From a virus (lineage: Duplodnaviria; Caudoviricetes): a DNA stretch of 59,658 nucleotides. Numbering within the stretch: the first letter of the stretch is position 1; each line of letters starts with the position of its first letter. Both the position numbers and the translations under genes were made by a program. This document shows positions 9,301 through 17,665 of this stretch, piece after piece. The DNA lies in IMG/VR virus record IMGVR_UViG_3300033067_000068, positions 1 to 59,658 of that record; one strand, given 5' to 3'. Under the pieces are notes generated by a model. It searched no databases. It was not told where the DNA came from and was given only the letters and a program-made list of their open reading frames with translations.

Positions 9301-12300
9301 GTTGGATGCGGAGTCGAAGACTACGTGGTCTGCGGAAGTCGGTGGCCCGTACACCCCCGCAGCCCCCCCGGAAGTAATGGCCCAGTTTGTTCTACTGGTT
9401 GCGTTCCACGTACCACTTCCACCCACCCAATAGTACGTTGATGCTGGTTGAGCAATCGTTAGCAAAACCCCCGAGCCTGTACCCGTGCTGTTCACACCAG
9501 CGTAGAACTCCCCGGGGCTGGTGGGGCTGACTGCTGTTGTGCCCATTGCAAGGTAGTCAACACCAGACACCCGAGCGCCAGCAATCGTCAGTGTAGCTGT
9601 GCCGGTCACCGTGACCACGTTGCCTGCTGTGCCTGTGATGGACCACTTGCCAAGCGTCAAAGCACCAGTTCCTAGCGCCAACGTGTGAGCAACCGTTTTT
9701 GTACTCGCAAGTTCTGTGAACTGGCAGCCGGAGGTTCCGCTAAATGTTGTGGTCGACGTACCGGTTGTGCCACCAATCGTCAGTTTGTTGTACGAGGCCC
9801 CGCTCCCAGTTGCCGCAAATGTCCTACCCGTTGTGCTGGTGTCGGACAACAGGATGTCAGCTGTGCCTTTGTATAAAGCAGCGTTGGTAGAAAAGTCTCC
9901 TGCGAAAACAGTACCAGTTCCCGATAGGGTCCATAACCCAGAACCCATCTTCAAAACTTTTATGCCACCTGTTGGCCCCGCCGTGGAGGACGCAAACACC
10001 CCCACTGTCACGTTATAGCTAACAGCATCAAACGTACCACTAGTAAAGGCTAATGTTCTTGCTGCAATAAGAGTCAGAGCATCTGCAAGCTGAACTGTCC
10101 CTGTAAAGCAGGTAATGGTAATTTGGCAACCAAAGGCCACGCCATTACTGGTGATTGTCTGAGTTCCACGTTTTGAAAACAATAGCGTTCCGGCAGAACT
10201 TGAATGAGCAACACCAGTTCCAAACTTCCAATCTCCATAGATAACTGGCGTGTTCCCCCCATTTGTAAACGTCATTGCACTGGTTCGTGTAGACGCATCA
10301 AACGTACCGATGTTCCAAGCTGCGTTAACGGTAATAGTGCCAGTTACACTCCCTGTGTTATCAAACACGGCTGTATCTTGCGCCAATGGGAAGTTGTTGA
10401 TGTCAGGTGTTCCCCCTGATGACGACGCCCAGCCAGTATCGCTCCAATTTTGAGTGCCCGACAAGTTCCAGTACACCGTCTTTGCGCTTGGAAACGTGAT
10501 GTTGTTGTTGCCGCCACAGTCACCTGCGCGAGTCGGTGCTGTGCCGATAGCTGCGCCAAGGATTTCAATGTCGCGGAAGTCACAGTCGTCTGCTACCAGT
10601 GTGCCAACAGTCAGGTCGCGTTGGGTGCCGAGCGTGTCAGAGCGCAAAAAGATGCGGCGTATTGGGGATGCGCCGGAAACTGTTAGAGTGCCGGTGATTG
10701 TTTGGTTTGCTTGAACAGAAATAGTCCCCAAACTTGCAGAAACGGGAGCCAATACAGTTAGGTTGTTAAACGTGTTTGCGCCAGTCAGTGTTAGCGAGCC
10801 TCCTGATGGGAGCGCACTAACGGAGACGTTGTAGAAAGTTACGCCGCCAGAAATAGTTGGGCCTGCCGATCCAGCTAAATTTATAGTAGATGTGCCAGCA
10901 TTAAACGTGAAATTCGCCCCCAAAAAACCAACACCAGAACCAGTGCTCAGAGTCACCGTACTCGACCCAAGGTTGATCGCCCTGACGTTGGTGCTACTGG
11001 ATGACAAAGAGCCCGCAGTGACGTTGTAGTTCTGTGTGTTGAACGTGCCGTTGGTAACGGAGAGGATGTTTGTTCCAATGTTGAAAGCATCCCCAAGCTG
11101 AACTGTGCCCCCATAGGAGTCGATGGTGATTGGTTGGCTGAATGTTTTTCCGGCACTGGTGATAGTTTGGGTGTTTCTTCCTGAAAATACTATAGCTTGG
11201 GTTCCAGCCATAGTTACTCCGGAACCTAGAGCTAAATTACCGTAAATAGTTACTGTGTTATTTGTTGAGCTTAAAGTCCAAGAAGAGGTTCTTGCAGTGG
11301 CGTTAATTTCACAAATTGCATCAGTTGACAGAATTAATGTTCCTATCGTAGAGGAGTTATTAAAAACTGCTGTATCTTGAGCAAGTGGAAAGTTATCTGT
11401 ACTAACAGCACCTCCGGACGCTAACGCCCAAGCGTTATGAGACCAGCCATAGGTGCTTGCACTTGTTGTGTTCCAGTACACAGTCTTAGGCGTAGACGCA
11501 GTTATCCCTCGGATACCACGCAAGTCTCCGATACGAGTGCCAGAAATAGGCGCAGCAGTACCAACGACGTAGATGTCACGGAAGTCAGCATCAGTCAGGC
11601 TTGGTGCGCTGTTGATGGTCAGGGTTTGGGCGATGCCGTAAGTCGTGCCACGGAACCAAACTCGACGGTTTCCTGCTGTGCCTGTGGTGGACAGTGTGCC
11701 GTTGATTGTTTGACGGTCAGTAAACCGTATCTCGCGGACACCTGCCGCTGCGTTTGCGGCAACAGCAAAGTTGTTAAACGTGTTTGCGCCGTTTATGGTA
11801 GCCGTCGATAGCGTACCTGTGGTGCTTATAGAAAAATCATAAAAAGTTTTCCCGCCGCCGGTAAACGTAAACGCAAAGGACCCCGTATGCTGGATGAGTG
11901 ATGTTCCTGCGTTGAACGTGAGACTGCTGTTTGAGAAATTAACAGAGTTCGTAGTTGTAGTTACTGTACTGGAACCGAGGTTTATTGTGGCGGCCAACGC
12001 GCCTGTGGATTGAAAGGCTGAACAGGTAATGTTGTAGTTTGCAGTGGTGAACGTTCCAGCAAGCACAGCGAATGCATACGCACCAGCGGTACCTGTCGTC
12101 ATCGCGCTTCCAAGCGTCCACCCTCCACCTACACCATTAAACTGTACATCGGCAGGAAACGTTGTTCCGTTGGTAGTTACTATTTTGCCGGTGCTCGTCG
12201 CGGTAAAGTTCACTGTACCGGTGGCTGTCCACAATGTGCCAGCAACCAAAAACATTGACCCTCTGATTGAGAATGTTGGCGATGTTCCCTGCGCAAACGT

Positions 12301-12504
12301 CACTGTGCCCGTTGAAACGGTAAAGTCAAGGCATGTAAGCGCACCGGTGCAGGTAACAGTGTATGTCCCTGCTTGGTCAAAGAACACGGCATCTGCCGCA
12401 GTGGGTACGGACGCGCCGCTCGCTCCGCCGGACGTTGCAGACCAGTTGGTCGTGCTAGATGTGTTCCATGTACCCGACCCCCCAACCCAATAGCGGTTTG
12501 CCAT
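6361..12504 (-). CDS. 2047-aa Gly/Thr/Ser-rich repeat virion protein (fibre or decoration)
   Basis: YWVGGSGTWN module twice, FPLAQDTAVF three times, beta-helix-like composition; within structural module. Confidence 0.75.
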   Translation of the reverse strand: MANRYWVGGSGTWNTSSTTNWSATSGGASGASVPTAADAVFFDQAGTYTVTCTGALTCLDFTVSTGTVTFAQGTSPTFSIRGSMFLVAGTLWTATGTVNFTATSTGKIVTTNGTTFPADVQFNGVGGGWTLGSAMTTGTAGAYAFAVLAGTFTTANYNITCSAFQSTGALAATINLGSSTVTTTTNSVNFSNSSLTFNAGTSLIQHTGSFAFTFTGGGKTFYDFSISTTGTLSTATINGANTFNNFAVAANAAAGVREIRFTDRQTINGTLSTTGTAGNRRVWFRGTTYGIAQTLTINSAPSLTDADFRDIYVVGTAAPISGTRIGDLRGIRGITASTPKTVYWNTTSASTYGWSHNAWALASGGAVSTDNFPLAQDTAVFNNSSTIGTLILSTDAICEINATARTSSWTLSSTNNTVTIYGNLALGSGVTMAGTQAIVFSGRNTQTITSAGKTFSQPITIDSYGGTVQLGDAFNIGTNILSVTNGTFNTQNYNVTAGSLSSSSTNVRAINLGSSTVTLSTGSGVGFLGANFTFNAGTSTINLAGSAGPTISGGVTFYNVSVSALPSGGSLTLTGANTFNNLTVLAPVSASLGTISVQANQTITGTLTVSGASPIRRIFLRSDTLGTQRDLTVGTLVADDCDFRDIEILGAAIGTAPTRAGDCGGNNNITFPSAKTVYWNLSGTQNWSDTGWASSSGGTPDINNFPLAQDTAVFDNTGSVTGTITVNAAWNIGTFDASTRTSAMTFTNGGNTPVIYGDWKFGTGVAHSSSAGTLLFSKRGTQTITSNGVAFGCQITITCFTGTVQLADALTLIAARTLAFTSGTFDAVSYNVTVGVFASSTAGPTGGIKVLKMGSGLWTLSGTGTVFAGDFSTNAALYKGTADILLSDTSTTGRTFAATGSGASYNKLTIGGTTGTSTTTFSGTSGCQFTELASTKTVAHTLALGTGALTLGKWSITGTAGNVVTVTGTATLTIAGARVSGVDYLAMGTTAVSPTSPGEFYAGVNSTGTGSGVLLTIAQPASTYYWVGGSGTWNATSRTNWAITSGGAAGVYGPPTSADHVVFDSASNATAYTVTCTATQLRCASLTISGPASGNVTWAGTAPLAIHGNVTLAATGITRTYSGAITLSGSSTGKTFTTNGVGVVSPVTVDGVGCGWALGSAWVGSSTFTITNGSFDTANYAVTGNFVSNNSNSRSLSFGSSTVTIPATATVSFVTSTNFTFNAGTSSIVCTANTPSLSAGAGQTFYDCSFTSVGNGQVTITGANTFNNLSVTGTTSVGVKPVTFNANQTINGTLTLSPGTDATMRTFVRSDTIGTPRTLTCAAVTATDIDFRDITIAGAAAPVSGTRLGDCKGNSGITFDAAKTVYYRSTGPTNWGDSIARWSFTNGGTADFAAFPLAQDTAVFPSSPTPYPSSGSSVTINTAFNIGTIDMSARTSNTMTLSQGNAPTIYGNWVNGTGVTLSGSGNITFSGRGAQTVTSAGKPFGHPFIIDSPGGSVTLQDSWTTTFASTALTVTRGTFDAGGYNVTLSSSTGTVALNNTNVRTVAVGIGTWTIAGGGANAWNASTPTNLTVTGTGTISLTSASAKTFAGGGKDYSGITLNQGGAGALDITGNNTFANISNSYKATGATSITLGTTTQTVANFTASGEAGRVLTVQGTSASSPATLIFSGAGQATQPTTDYLTITGVRAYSLDTTWYAGANSTNNGSLGWYFEAGGGGPILVYIIESSTASSAESPLGTYNPSVSETTALADSAIAGMLYLGELSESATVADSVSAFRAFLGAVVEAAVSSEVTQAAAALSATLAEAVQAAETAQARAALNTSVQELTQGADATTGGLLFLSSILEASQAQELAAAVTAFNRSVSESAVTFDAVQVIASTFSAAASDTARPLDTPKGANTGTSSLSETLTASETASTKFNPSTSVSEQATAQETAAAKAMFSGPVLETATAVDQAGVAPSNFSAVALAAAQAAESFNPAGSMYNAVLITQGAAALDALRRSKLRTVNLEDFVFTDAAVPPVGLEALVTSNTASGTVESGQITATVLP

Positions 12505-12506
12505 GC

Positions 12507-12680
12507 TTACTCCTCGGCAGGAGTTTCAACGGGGGGCGCAGTCACCACAGCGATCCAGTTGTCCACGCGCTGCTGCTTCATCAGTTCGATTTCTGCCTCA
12601 GAAAAGCCGTGGTCGTCAGGCAGGTGCAGGGCGTCACGGAACAGGCCGTGGGGGGTTTGAAATTCAAAGTCGATCTTCAT
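12507..12680 (-). CDS. small hypothetical protein
   Basis: MKIDFEFQTPHGLFRDALHLPDD...; GGAG upstream; sits directly before the 2047-aa gene. Confidence 0.65.
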   Translation of the reverse strand: MKIDFEFQTPHGLFRDALHLPDDHGFSEAEIELMKQQRVDNWIAVVTAPPVETPAEE

Positions 12681-12690
12681 GCAAGTCTCC

Positions 12691-12720
12691 AAAAAGAAAC
12701 ACCCGCCGTAGCGGGTGCTG
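12691..12720 (-). terminator. intrinsic terminator
   Basis: CACCCGC-TACG-GCGGGTG hairpin followed by TTTCTTTTT on the minus strand. Confidence 0.75.
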
Positions 12721-12744
12721 CACCAAACTCAGGGTGTCACCCAA

Positions 12745-13323
12745 TCAAGCTGCGTCGAGGCTAAAAGTGTACGTCACATTGAGTGTGTCAGACGCCACAA
12801 CCACGCGGTCGCCGGGGGATTGGAAGTCCGATGCCGAGAACAACACGCCCGATGTGCCGGTGTCCACGCTGGCCAAGAACGCGCCAGCAACAGTGCCGCC
12901 ACCACCAGAGATGGTAAACGATGCAGGCGAAGCTGTGTTGTCGATGACGGATGGGTCAGCAGTCGTCGCGGTGCCAAACACTGCGGCTTTGCGGTTGCCG
13001 GAGTAATTGGTGAACTCTGTCCAACCAGCATGCGAAGCCAGCGTGTCGCCAGCAGCGATGGTAGTGCCGGAGCCGGGGCCCGTAATCAAACCAATGTACC
13101 AAGCGGCGATCTGCGTTGCGCCGTTCAAATGGACCGACACCATGCTCTGCAGACCTTGGTTCACCACCAAGTTGTGCATCTCTTCTTCCCACTTGACTTG
13201 GCCGTCAGCGCCGACGCACTGGATTTTGTACACGCCGCCAGCTTTGGCTTTGGCTTCAGGACGAGAGCCGCAAACGAGGCCAGAAGACACTTTGTCAGTG
13301 GATTTTGCAAGGTTGTTGAACAT
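12745..13323 (-). CDS. virion structural protein
   Basis: HNLVVNQG...WYIGL...DTLNVTYTFSL pattern of phage structural beta-proteins; followed by terminator. Confidence 0.65.
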   Translation of the reverse strand: MFNNLAKSTDKVSSGLVCGSRPEAKAKAGGVYKIQCVGADGQVKWEEEMHNLVVNQGLQSMVSVHLNGATQIAAWYIGLITGPGSGTTIAAGDTLASHAGWTEFTNYSGNRKAAVFGTATTADPSVIDNTASPASFTISGGGGTVAGAFLASVDTGTSGVLFSASDFQSPGDRVVVASDTLNVTYTFSLDAA

Positions 13324-13332
13324 GGTGGTTCC

Positions 13333-13659
13333 TTATGAGAAGTCTTCGCGGACCAAAAACTTGAGTAGATTATAGACTGTCTGAATTTGACCTGTAAAGT
13401 CGATTTCGAGCTCGCCTTCATACGACCCTGCGGGGACATTTAGCGTATCGCCGGGAAAGTTGAACACAATAACGCCATCAACGCCATCTGTGGCAAATGT
13501 GCAGGGGATCGTGCTCAGTGTAGTTGTACTTCCAGCAGCGCGGAACTTCATAACTACTGTTGCATCGCTGACATCTAAAGGAGTCTCATCTGCGTTTTTC
13601 AGCGCTACACGAATGTATGGGAGATTGTCGCCTTGTACAAGTCTGATTTGGTTTGACAT
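13333..13659 (-). CDS. BppU-N-like Ig-fold structural protein
   Basis: IRLVQGDNLP...GSYEGELEIDF...QTV..LKFLVREDF. Confidence 0.6.
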   Translation of the reverse strand: MSNQIRLVQGDNLPYIRVALKNADETPLDVSDATVVMKFRAAGSTTTLSTIPCTFATDGVDGVIVFNFPGDTLNVPAGSYEGELEIDFTGQIQTVYNLLKFLVREDFS

Positions 13660-13668
13660 TGCTATTCC

Positions 13669-14280
13669 TTATGCTGCTGGTCGCTGACGAACCATCATGC
13701 GAACACCACGAAAATCTCGAACGCGGGCGTTAGTGATAGCCCGCTCAAACAAGCCTTTGTGCATGCCAGCCAGCGCGATGTCAGACCATTCCTTGCCCGG
13801 TGTCATAGCCAGCTGGGCGATAGCACCGCTGACAATGGTGTCAGCCCAAGTCTCATAAATCCAGTCTTCGACACCAGTGCCGTTGCGATTTGGCTTGAGC
13901 ACAGCGTACACTTTGAGCGTGGTGCGGGCTTCTGGTGTTGGAAAGATGCGGATGCTGTTGTCAGCCTGAATCCAGTACTCGCGGGGCTCACCTACCTCGG
14001 ACAACTTCTCAGTGCCGATCAGGCGCAAGTCGGTACGTGTCAGTGTGGCTTCGCCGTACACTACAGAAATCACGTTCTCAACCAGCCCAGTGTCTGGGTC
14101 CAAGTCGTAGTCGACTTGGTTTGGAGCCACATAGATGGCGTCAATCTGCTCACGCCACAGGTACGTACGTGCGAAGAAATCAGCCGCTGTAGACGCCAGA
14201 TACAAGCGCATCGACGCGTTGGGGCACCCGGGCAAGTGCGGGGAAATCAGTGGCAGGAAGTCATCCCAGATTTTGGCCAT
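13669..14280 (-). CDS. head-tail adaptor
   Basis: PHLPGCP...FFARTYLWR...GAIAQLAMTPGKEWS; position after capsid. Confidence 0.6.
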   Translation of the reverse strand: MAKIWDDFLPLISPHLPGCPNASMRLYLASTAADFFARTYLWREQIDAIYVAPNQVDYDLDPDTGLVENVISVVYGEATLTRTDLRLIGTEKLSEVGEPREYWIQADNSIRIFPTPEARTTLKVYAVLKPNRNGTGVEDWIYETWADTIVSGAIAQLAMTPGKEWSDIALAGMHKGLFERAITNARVRDFRGVRMMVRQRPAA

Positions 14281-14957
14281 TAGGCAACTCCCGGCTGCGA
14301 GGCAGCGGTTACTTGGGCAGATGCACCCAAGGAATTCTGAAAGGCTTGGTAGTGCGCGATAGCGCGGGCTGCGTTGCCCTGCTGCTCAGCGTCCTTGGTG
14401 TACGCACGGTACAACATGTAGTCCAGCAGCGAGTTGGCAAAGCTGTCGTCGATGCGAATCGTCTCTGCTGTCGACATGTTGTTGAGCTGAACGTCAGAAA
14501 GCGCATGTGGTGTAGGAACCTGAGCGTACGACACTTCGAGCTTGGTAGCGTCCGTAGCTGGGGGGTACACCAGAAATTCTTTGGGCTGGCGTGGGTCGAA
14601 CATGTACTCTTCGACGCTCACGGTGGGCGTCTCGGTGTACCAGCCTTTGCGCTGGTCGTCGAGCACACGACGGTCCACAAGGCGCACGGCATATTTGTTG
14701 GATGTAGCTGCAGTGTTGCGCAGAACAGACACGAGACGCGTTGCGTTAGGGAACACCGTGGTCAAGACTTGGCGCGGACCAGCCGCGCAAGTGAACTCAC
14801 CAGTGAGGGTGTTAGAGTCTGGGCGAAAGATCAGAGTTTCACGGTACCCATCGTTGAGCCACCACTGAAGTTCAGACAAGGTCCACCGTACAGAATCCTC
14901 GTCTTGGAGGATTGTTTTTGCCCGAGCTATCAGGTCAACGACTTTTACGGTGGCCAT
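14280..14957 (-). CDS. head-tail adaptor (DUF6682-like)
   Basis: LQDEDSVRWT..EL..WLNDG.RE...RPD and LLDYMLYRAY.KDAE motifs. Confidence 0.65.
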   Translation of the reverse strand: MATVKVVDLIARAKTILQDEDSVRWTLSELQWWLNDGYRETLIFRPDSNTLTGEFTCAAGPRQVLTTVFPNATRLVSVLRNTAATSNKYAVRLVDRRVLDDQRKGWYTETPTVSVEEYMFDPRQPKEFLVYPPATDATKLEVSYAQVPTPHALSDVQLNNMSTAETIRIDDSFANSLLDYMLYRAYTKDAEQQGNAARAIAHYQAFQNSLGASAQVTAASQPGVA

Positions 14958-14965
14958 GGTCTACC

Positions 14966-15232
14966 TCACAGTTCAGGCTCTACATCGCCCAATTCTACCG
15001 CAACAGGCTCAGTAGGTGTGTCTTTCGCTTTGCGTGGCTTGGCGGGCTTGCTGGCTACCTCTGCAGCCACTTCGTTGGAGTGTTTATTGGCCAACTCTTG
15101 GCCTTGCTCTGTCAAGGTCCAGCCGTCGCCTTCCATGCGTGCCAGAACGACAATGTTGCCGTCCACGGTTGCGCGGATTTTATGGCCGAGGACTTGGCCG
15201 TTCAAGAGGTCCATCAATTCAAGTGCGTTCAT
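14966..15232 (-). CDS. hypothetical protein
   Basis: 88-aa ORF with GGAG RBS in the late operon. Confidence 0.7.
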   Translation of the reverse strand: MNALELMDLLNGQVLGHKIRATVDGNIVVLARMEGDGWTLTEQGQELANKHSNEVAAEVASKPAKPRKAKDTPTEPVAVELGDVEPEL

Positions 15233-15247
15233 GTGTTCTCCAAATGT

Positions 15248-15273
15248 AAAAAGGGGCTCCGAAGAGCCCCTTT
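15248..15273 (-). terminator. intrinsic terminator after major capsid gene
   Basis: GGGGCTC-TTCG-GAGCCCC then TTTTT. Confidence 0.85.
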
Positions 15274-15286
15274 ATTGTGCCACCGA

Positions 15287-16288
15287 TCAGGTCGCAGAGC
15301 CAACCTGAGCAACCACGAGGGCTTCAGGCTTGACAGTCTTGCGACCGTACACAGCCAGACCACGGACGATGTCGCCGAAGTCAGTCTGGTTACGCAGAGG
15401 CTCAGTCTTGTTCACGGTCATGGCGAAAGACATTGCAGCCTTTGTGCCAGCAACCATGGTACGACGGGCCTTGGCGTTGGTGACAGCACCACCGGTAGCT
15501 GGGTCAGACAGACCAGCAACCAGAGCCTTACCAGCAGCACCTTTTGGCAGCAGGTTGGACACGTACACAGTGAAACGGTCCAACATACCGATCTTGCCGC
15601 TACGGATGGTCGACTGTTGGTCGCCAGTGAAGTAGGCTTGAGCGATGTTCGACTGCATCAACAGGTGACGGTCGTAGGGGCTAATCAGCAACCAGCGGCC
15701 ATCTTCAGGCACGTTCTGCTCGTCCAGCACTGTGGACATACGCAGAATGGCGTTCAAGACGTTTTCTGGAGTTGCTTGGTCGATGGGAGCTGTGTCTGTG
15801 CCCAAGTTGTAGGCAGCAGAGATAGCACCAGCGGTAGCGCCTTCGTTGGCAGCGGCAGGGCCTTCAGTGACCATGTTGTTGAAGAACACTTCGTTTTCGA
15901 TGGCGATCTTCAACTGCTTGGCGGCGTCTTCGGTGAACATGTTCATCAGGTTCATGTCGGACTGATAGGCCAGCACGTCGTTGACTTGCACGCCGAAGTA
16001 CTTGCCCTTGTTCACTTGCATATCTTGGAAGATAGGAGTGGGGACTTCATACGACAGGCTCTGGCCAACGGTGTAGTCGGAGATGCTGATCGAAGGAGCC
16101 AAACGGATACGGATGGTATCGCCTTGGTTCTTCAACTCGCCTTCGTAATCGGTGTTAGCGATTTCCGACAGCATGGTGTTCTGGTAGAACTTGGCCAGCA
16201 ATTTGCCGGACCACAGGGTGGGGATGAAAGCGCCGGAATACGAGGGGTTCGTGTTGAACGGCGATTGGACGGGATAAACAGCAGCCAT
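15287..16288 (-). CDS. major capsid protein (P22-coat-like)
   Basis: FIPTLWSGKLL...NTDYEGE...GDTIRI, LDEQNVPEDGRW, FGDIVRGL.VYG; strong GGAGG RBS; terminator downstream. Confidence 0.9.
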   Translation of the reverse strand: MAAVYPVQSPFNTNPSYSGAFIPTLWSGKLLAKFYQNTMLSEIANTDYEGELKNQGDTIRIRLAPSISISDYTVGQSLSYEVPTPIFQDMQVNKGKYFGVQVNDVLAYQSDMNLMNMFTEDAAKQLKIAIENEVFFNNMVTEGPAAANEGATAGAISAAYNLGTDTAPIDQATPENVLNAILRMSTVLDEQNVPEDGRWLLISPYDRHLLMQSNIAQAYFTGDQQSTIRSGKIGMLDRFTVYVSNLLPKGAAGKALVAGLSDPATGGAVTNAKARRTMVAGTKAAMSFAMTVNKTEPLRNQTDFGDIVRGLAVYGRKTVKPEALVVAQVGSAT

Positions 16289-16335
16289 GATGGCCTCCTA
16301 AAAAGTTACAGGTTGGGTGACGCTTTACCCATGGA

Positions 16336-17295
16336 TCACGCGGTTACGCGACCTTCCATGAACGCTGCATCAATTTCAGCTTCAAGTTTCTTTGCCTCTT
16401 CGACGCGCCCTTTGACACCCAGATCAGTCGCCTTGCGGAACATCTTTTCGATGTCTGCGTTGGTGTAAATCTTGCCTTTTTGCGAGGCAGGAGGTGTGCT
16501 TGTGGCACTACGATTCGGCTGAATTTGAAGTTCAAGCTCAGTGGTTTTGTCGGCAGTGGGCTCCACGGGCGCAATGCTCTTTTTGAACATCGCCACGTAG
16601 TGTGCTACTCCTTCAGCGTCGCCTCGGTTGAACGCTTGTTGTGCAACAGTGGCTCGTGGGGCTCGGAGCAGCGGGTCCACTTCGTTCAGCCAAGCGATCC
16701 ACTTTGGATCAGCATTGACGGTCTCAAAGTCCGGCACCAAACGGTACAGGCGCTGCTCAAAACTGGCTTCGGACACTTGGGTACCGGTGTTGTTCAGCTG
16801 CTCGCGCAGCTTCTCATTCTCGGCACGCATGGCGTCTAGCTCACCACGAAACTCTGCTGCCACTTCGCGGGCAACTTTGCGCTGGACCTCGATAAGGTCC
16901 GAACCAAATGCTTCAACATCAGCATCAGTCACCAGCTTCTCAGCAACTGCGGGCTTCGCTGGCTCAACCGGCTTGGTCTCTGCGGCTTTGCGGAGTGCAT
17001 CCACTTGGGCCTTGAGGTCACGCAGGTCAGCATGCAAACGAGGAACTTCGGCGTCGTACATGCCCTTGAGGGTTTTGTACTTCTGCTCCCATTTCTCTTC
17101 CGCAACGACTGGTTCAGTCGGTGTCGGCGTTGGCTCAACAGGCTTTGGCTCTGTAGGCGCGGGCTGTGGGTCTTGGGGAGGCTCTGCTGGGTTAGGCGCA
17201 GGGTCTGCGGGGGCAGGGTTTTGCGCGTCGTTCAGCTGCTTTTCCAGTGCTTCCAGTTCACGTAACTGAGCTTCTACTTGTTTAGGCAATGCCAT
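16336..17295 (-). CDS. capsid scaffolding protein
   Basis: Pro-rich N-terminus, WEQKYKTLKGMYDAEVPRL, coiled coils, C-terminal A..EGRV; directly before capsid. Confidence 0.75.
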   Translation of the reverse strand: MALPKQVEAQLRELEALEKQLNDAQNPAPADPAPNPAEPPQDPQPAPTEPKPVEPTPTPTEPVVAEEKWEQKYKTLKGMYDAEVPRLHADLRDLKAQVDALRKAAETKPVEPAKPAVAEKLVTDADVEAFGSDLIEVQRKVAREVAAEFRGELDAMRAENEKLREQLNNTGTQVSEASFEQRLYRLVPDFETVNADPKWIAWLNEVDPLLRAPRATVAQQAFNRGDAEGVAHYVAMFKKSIAPVEPTADKTTELELQIQPNRSATSTPPASQKGKIYTNADIEKMFRKATDLGVKGRVEEAKKLEAEIDAAFMEGRVTA

Positions 17296-17386
17296 TTCAA
17301 TTTCCTTTAAAGCTCCAACTCTGCTTCAGGCTCCTACTGCGGTCTGCCGTTCGCATAATGGTTTGCTCGGACTCACAAAATGCGGA

Positions 17387-17629
17387 TCACTTGATCCGCT
17401 CGAAAACCTCTGACGATTTCTCAACCGCTTCGAGGAAATCTGATAAGGCCTGAGCCTGACCTTGGAGGCGGTGTATGCGGTGTGGTTCTTCTGCAACCAT
17501 CAAGGAGTTTTTGGTCTCCTCAAGTTTCAGTTTGAACAGCGCTAACAGCGGCTCGTTTTCTTGCAGCTTGCATCGAATTAACGCTTGCATGTGCTGCCGG
17601 TCAGGCTTTTGGCCTACAAAAATCTTCAT
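17387..17629 (-). CDS. small conserved head-module protein
   Basis: IHRLQGQAQAL motif; between portal and scaffold. Confidence 0.7.
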   Translation of the reverse strand: MKIFVGQKPDRQHMQALIRCKLQENEPLLALFKLKLEETKNSLMVAEEPHRIHRLQGQAQALSDFLEAVEKSSEVFERIK

Positions 17630-17635
17630 GTGTGG

Positions 17636-17665
17636 ATTCTATACAACAAATTCACAAAAAGTCAA
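17636..17665 (-). promoter_or_regulatory. sigma70-like promoter for scaffold/capsid genes
   Basis: TTGACT-N18-TAGAAT in an AT-rich gap after the portal gene. Confidence 0.55.
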
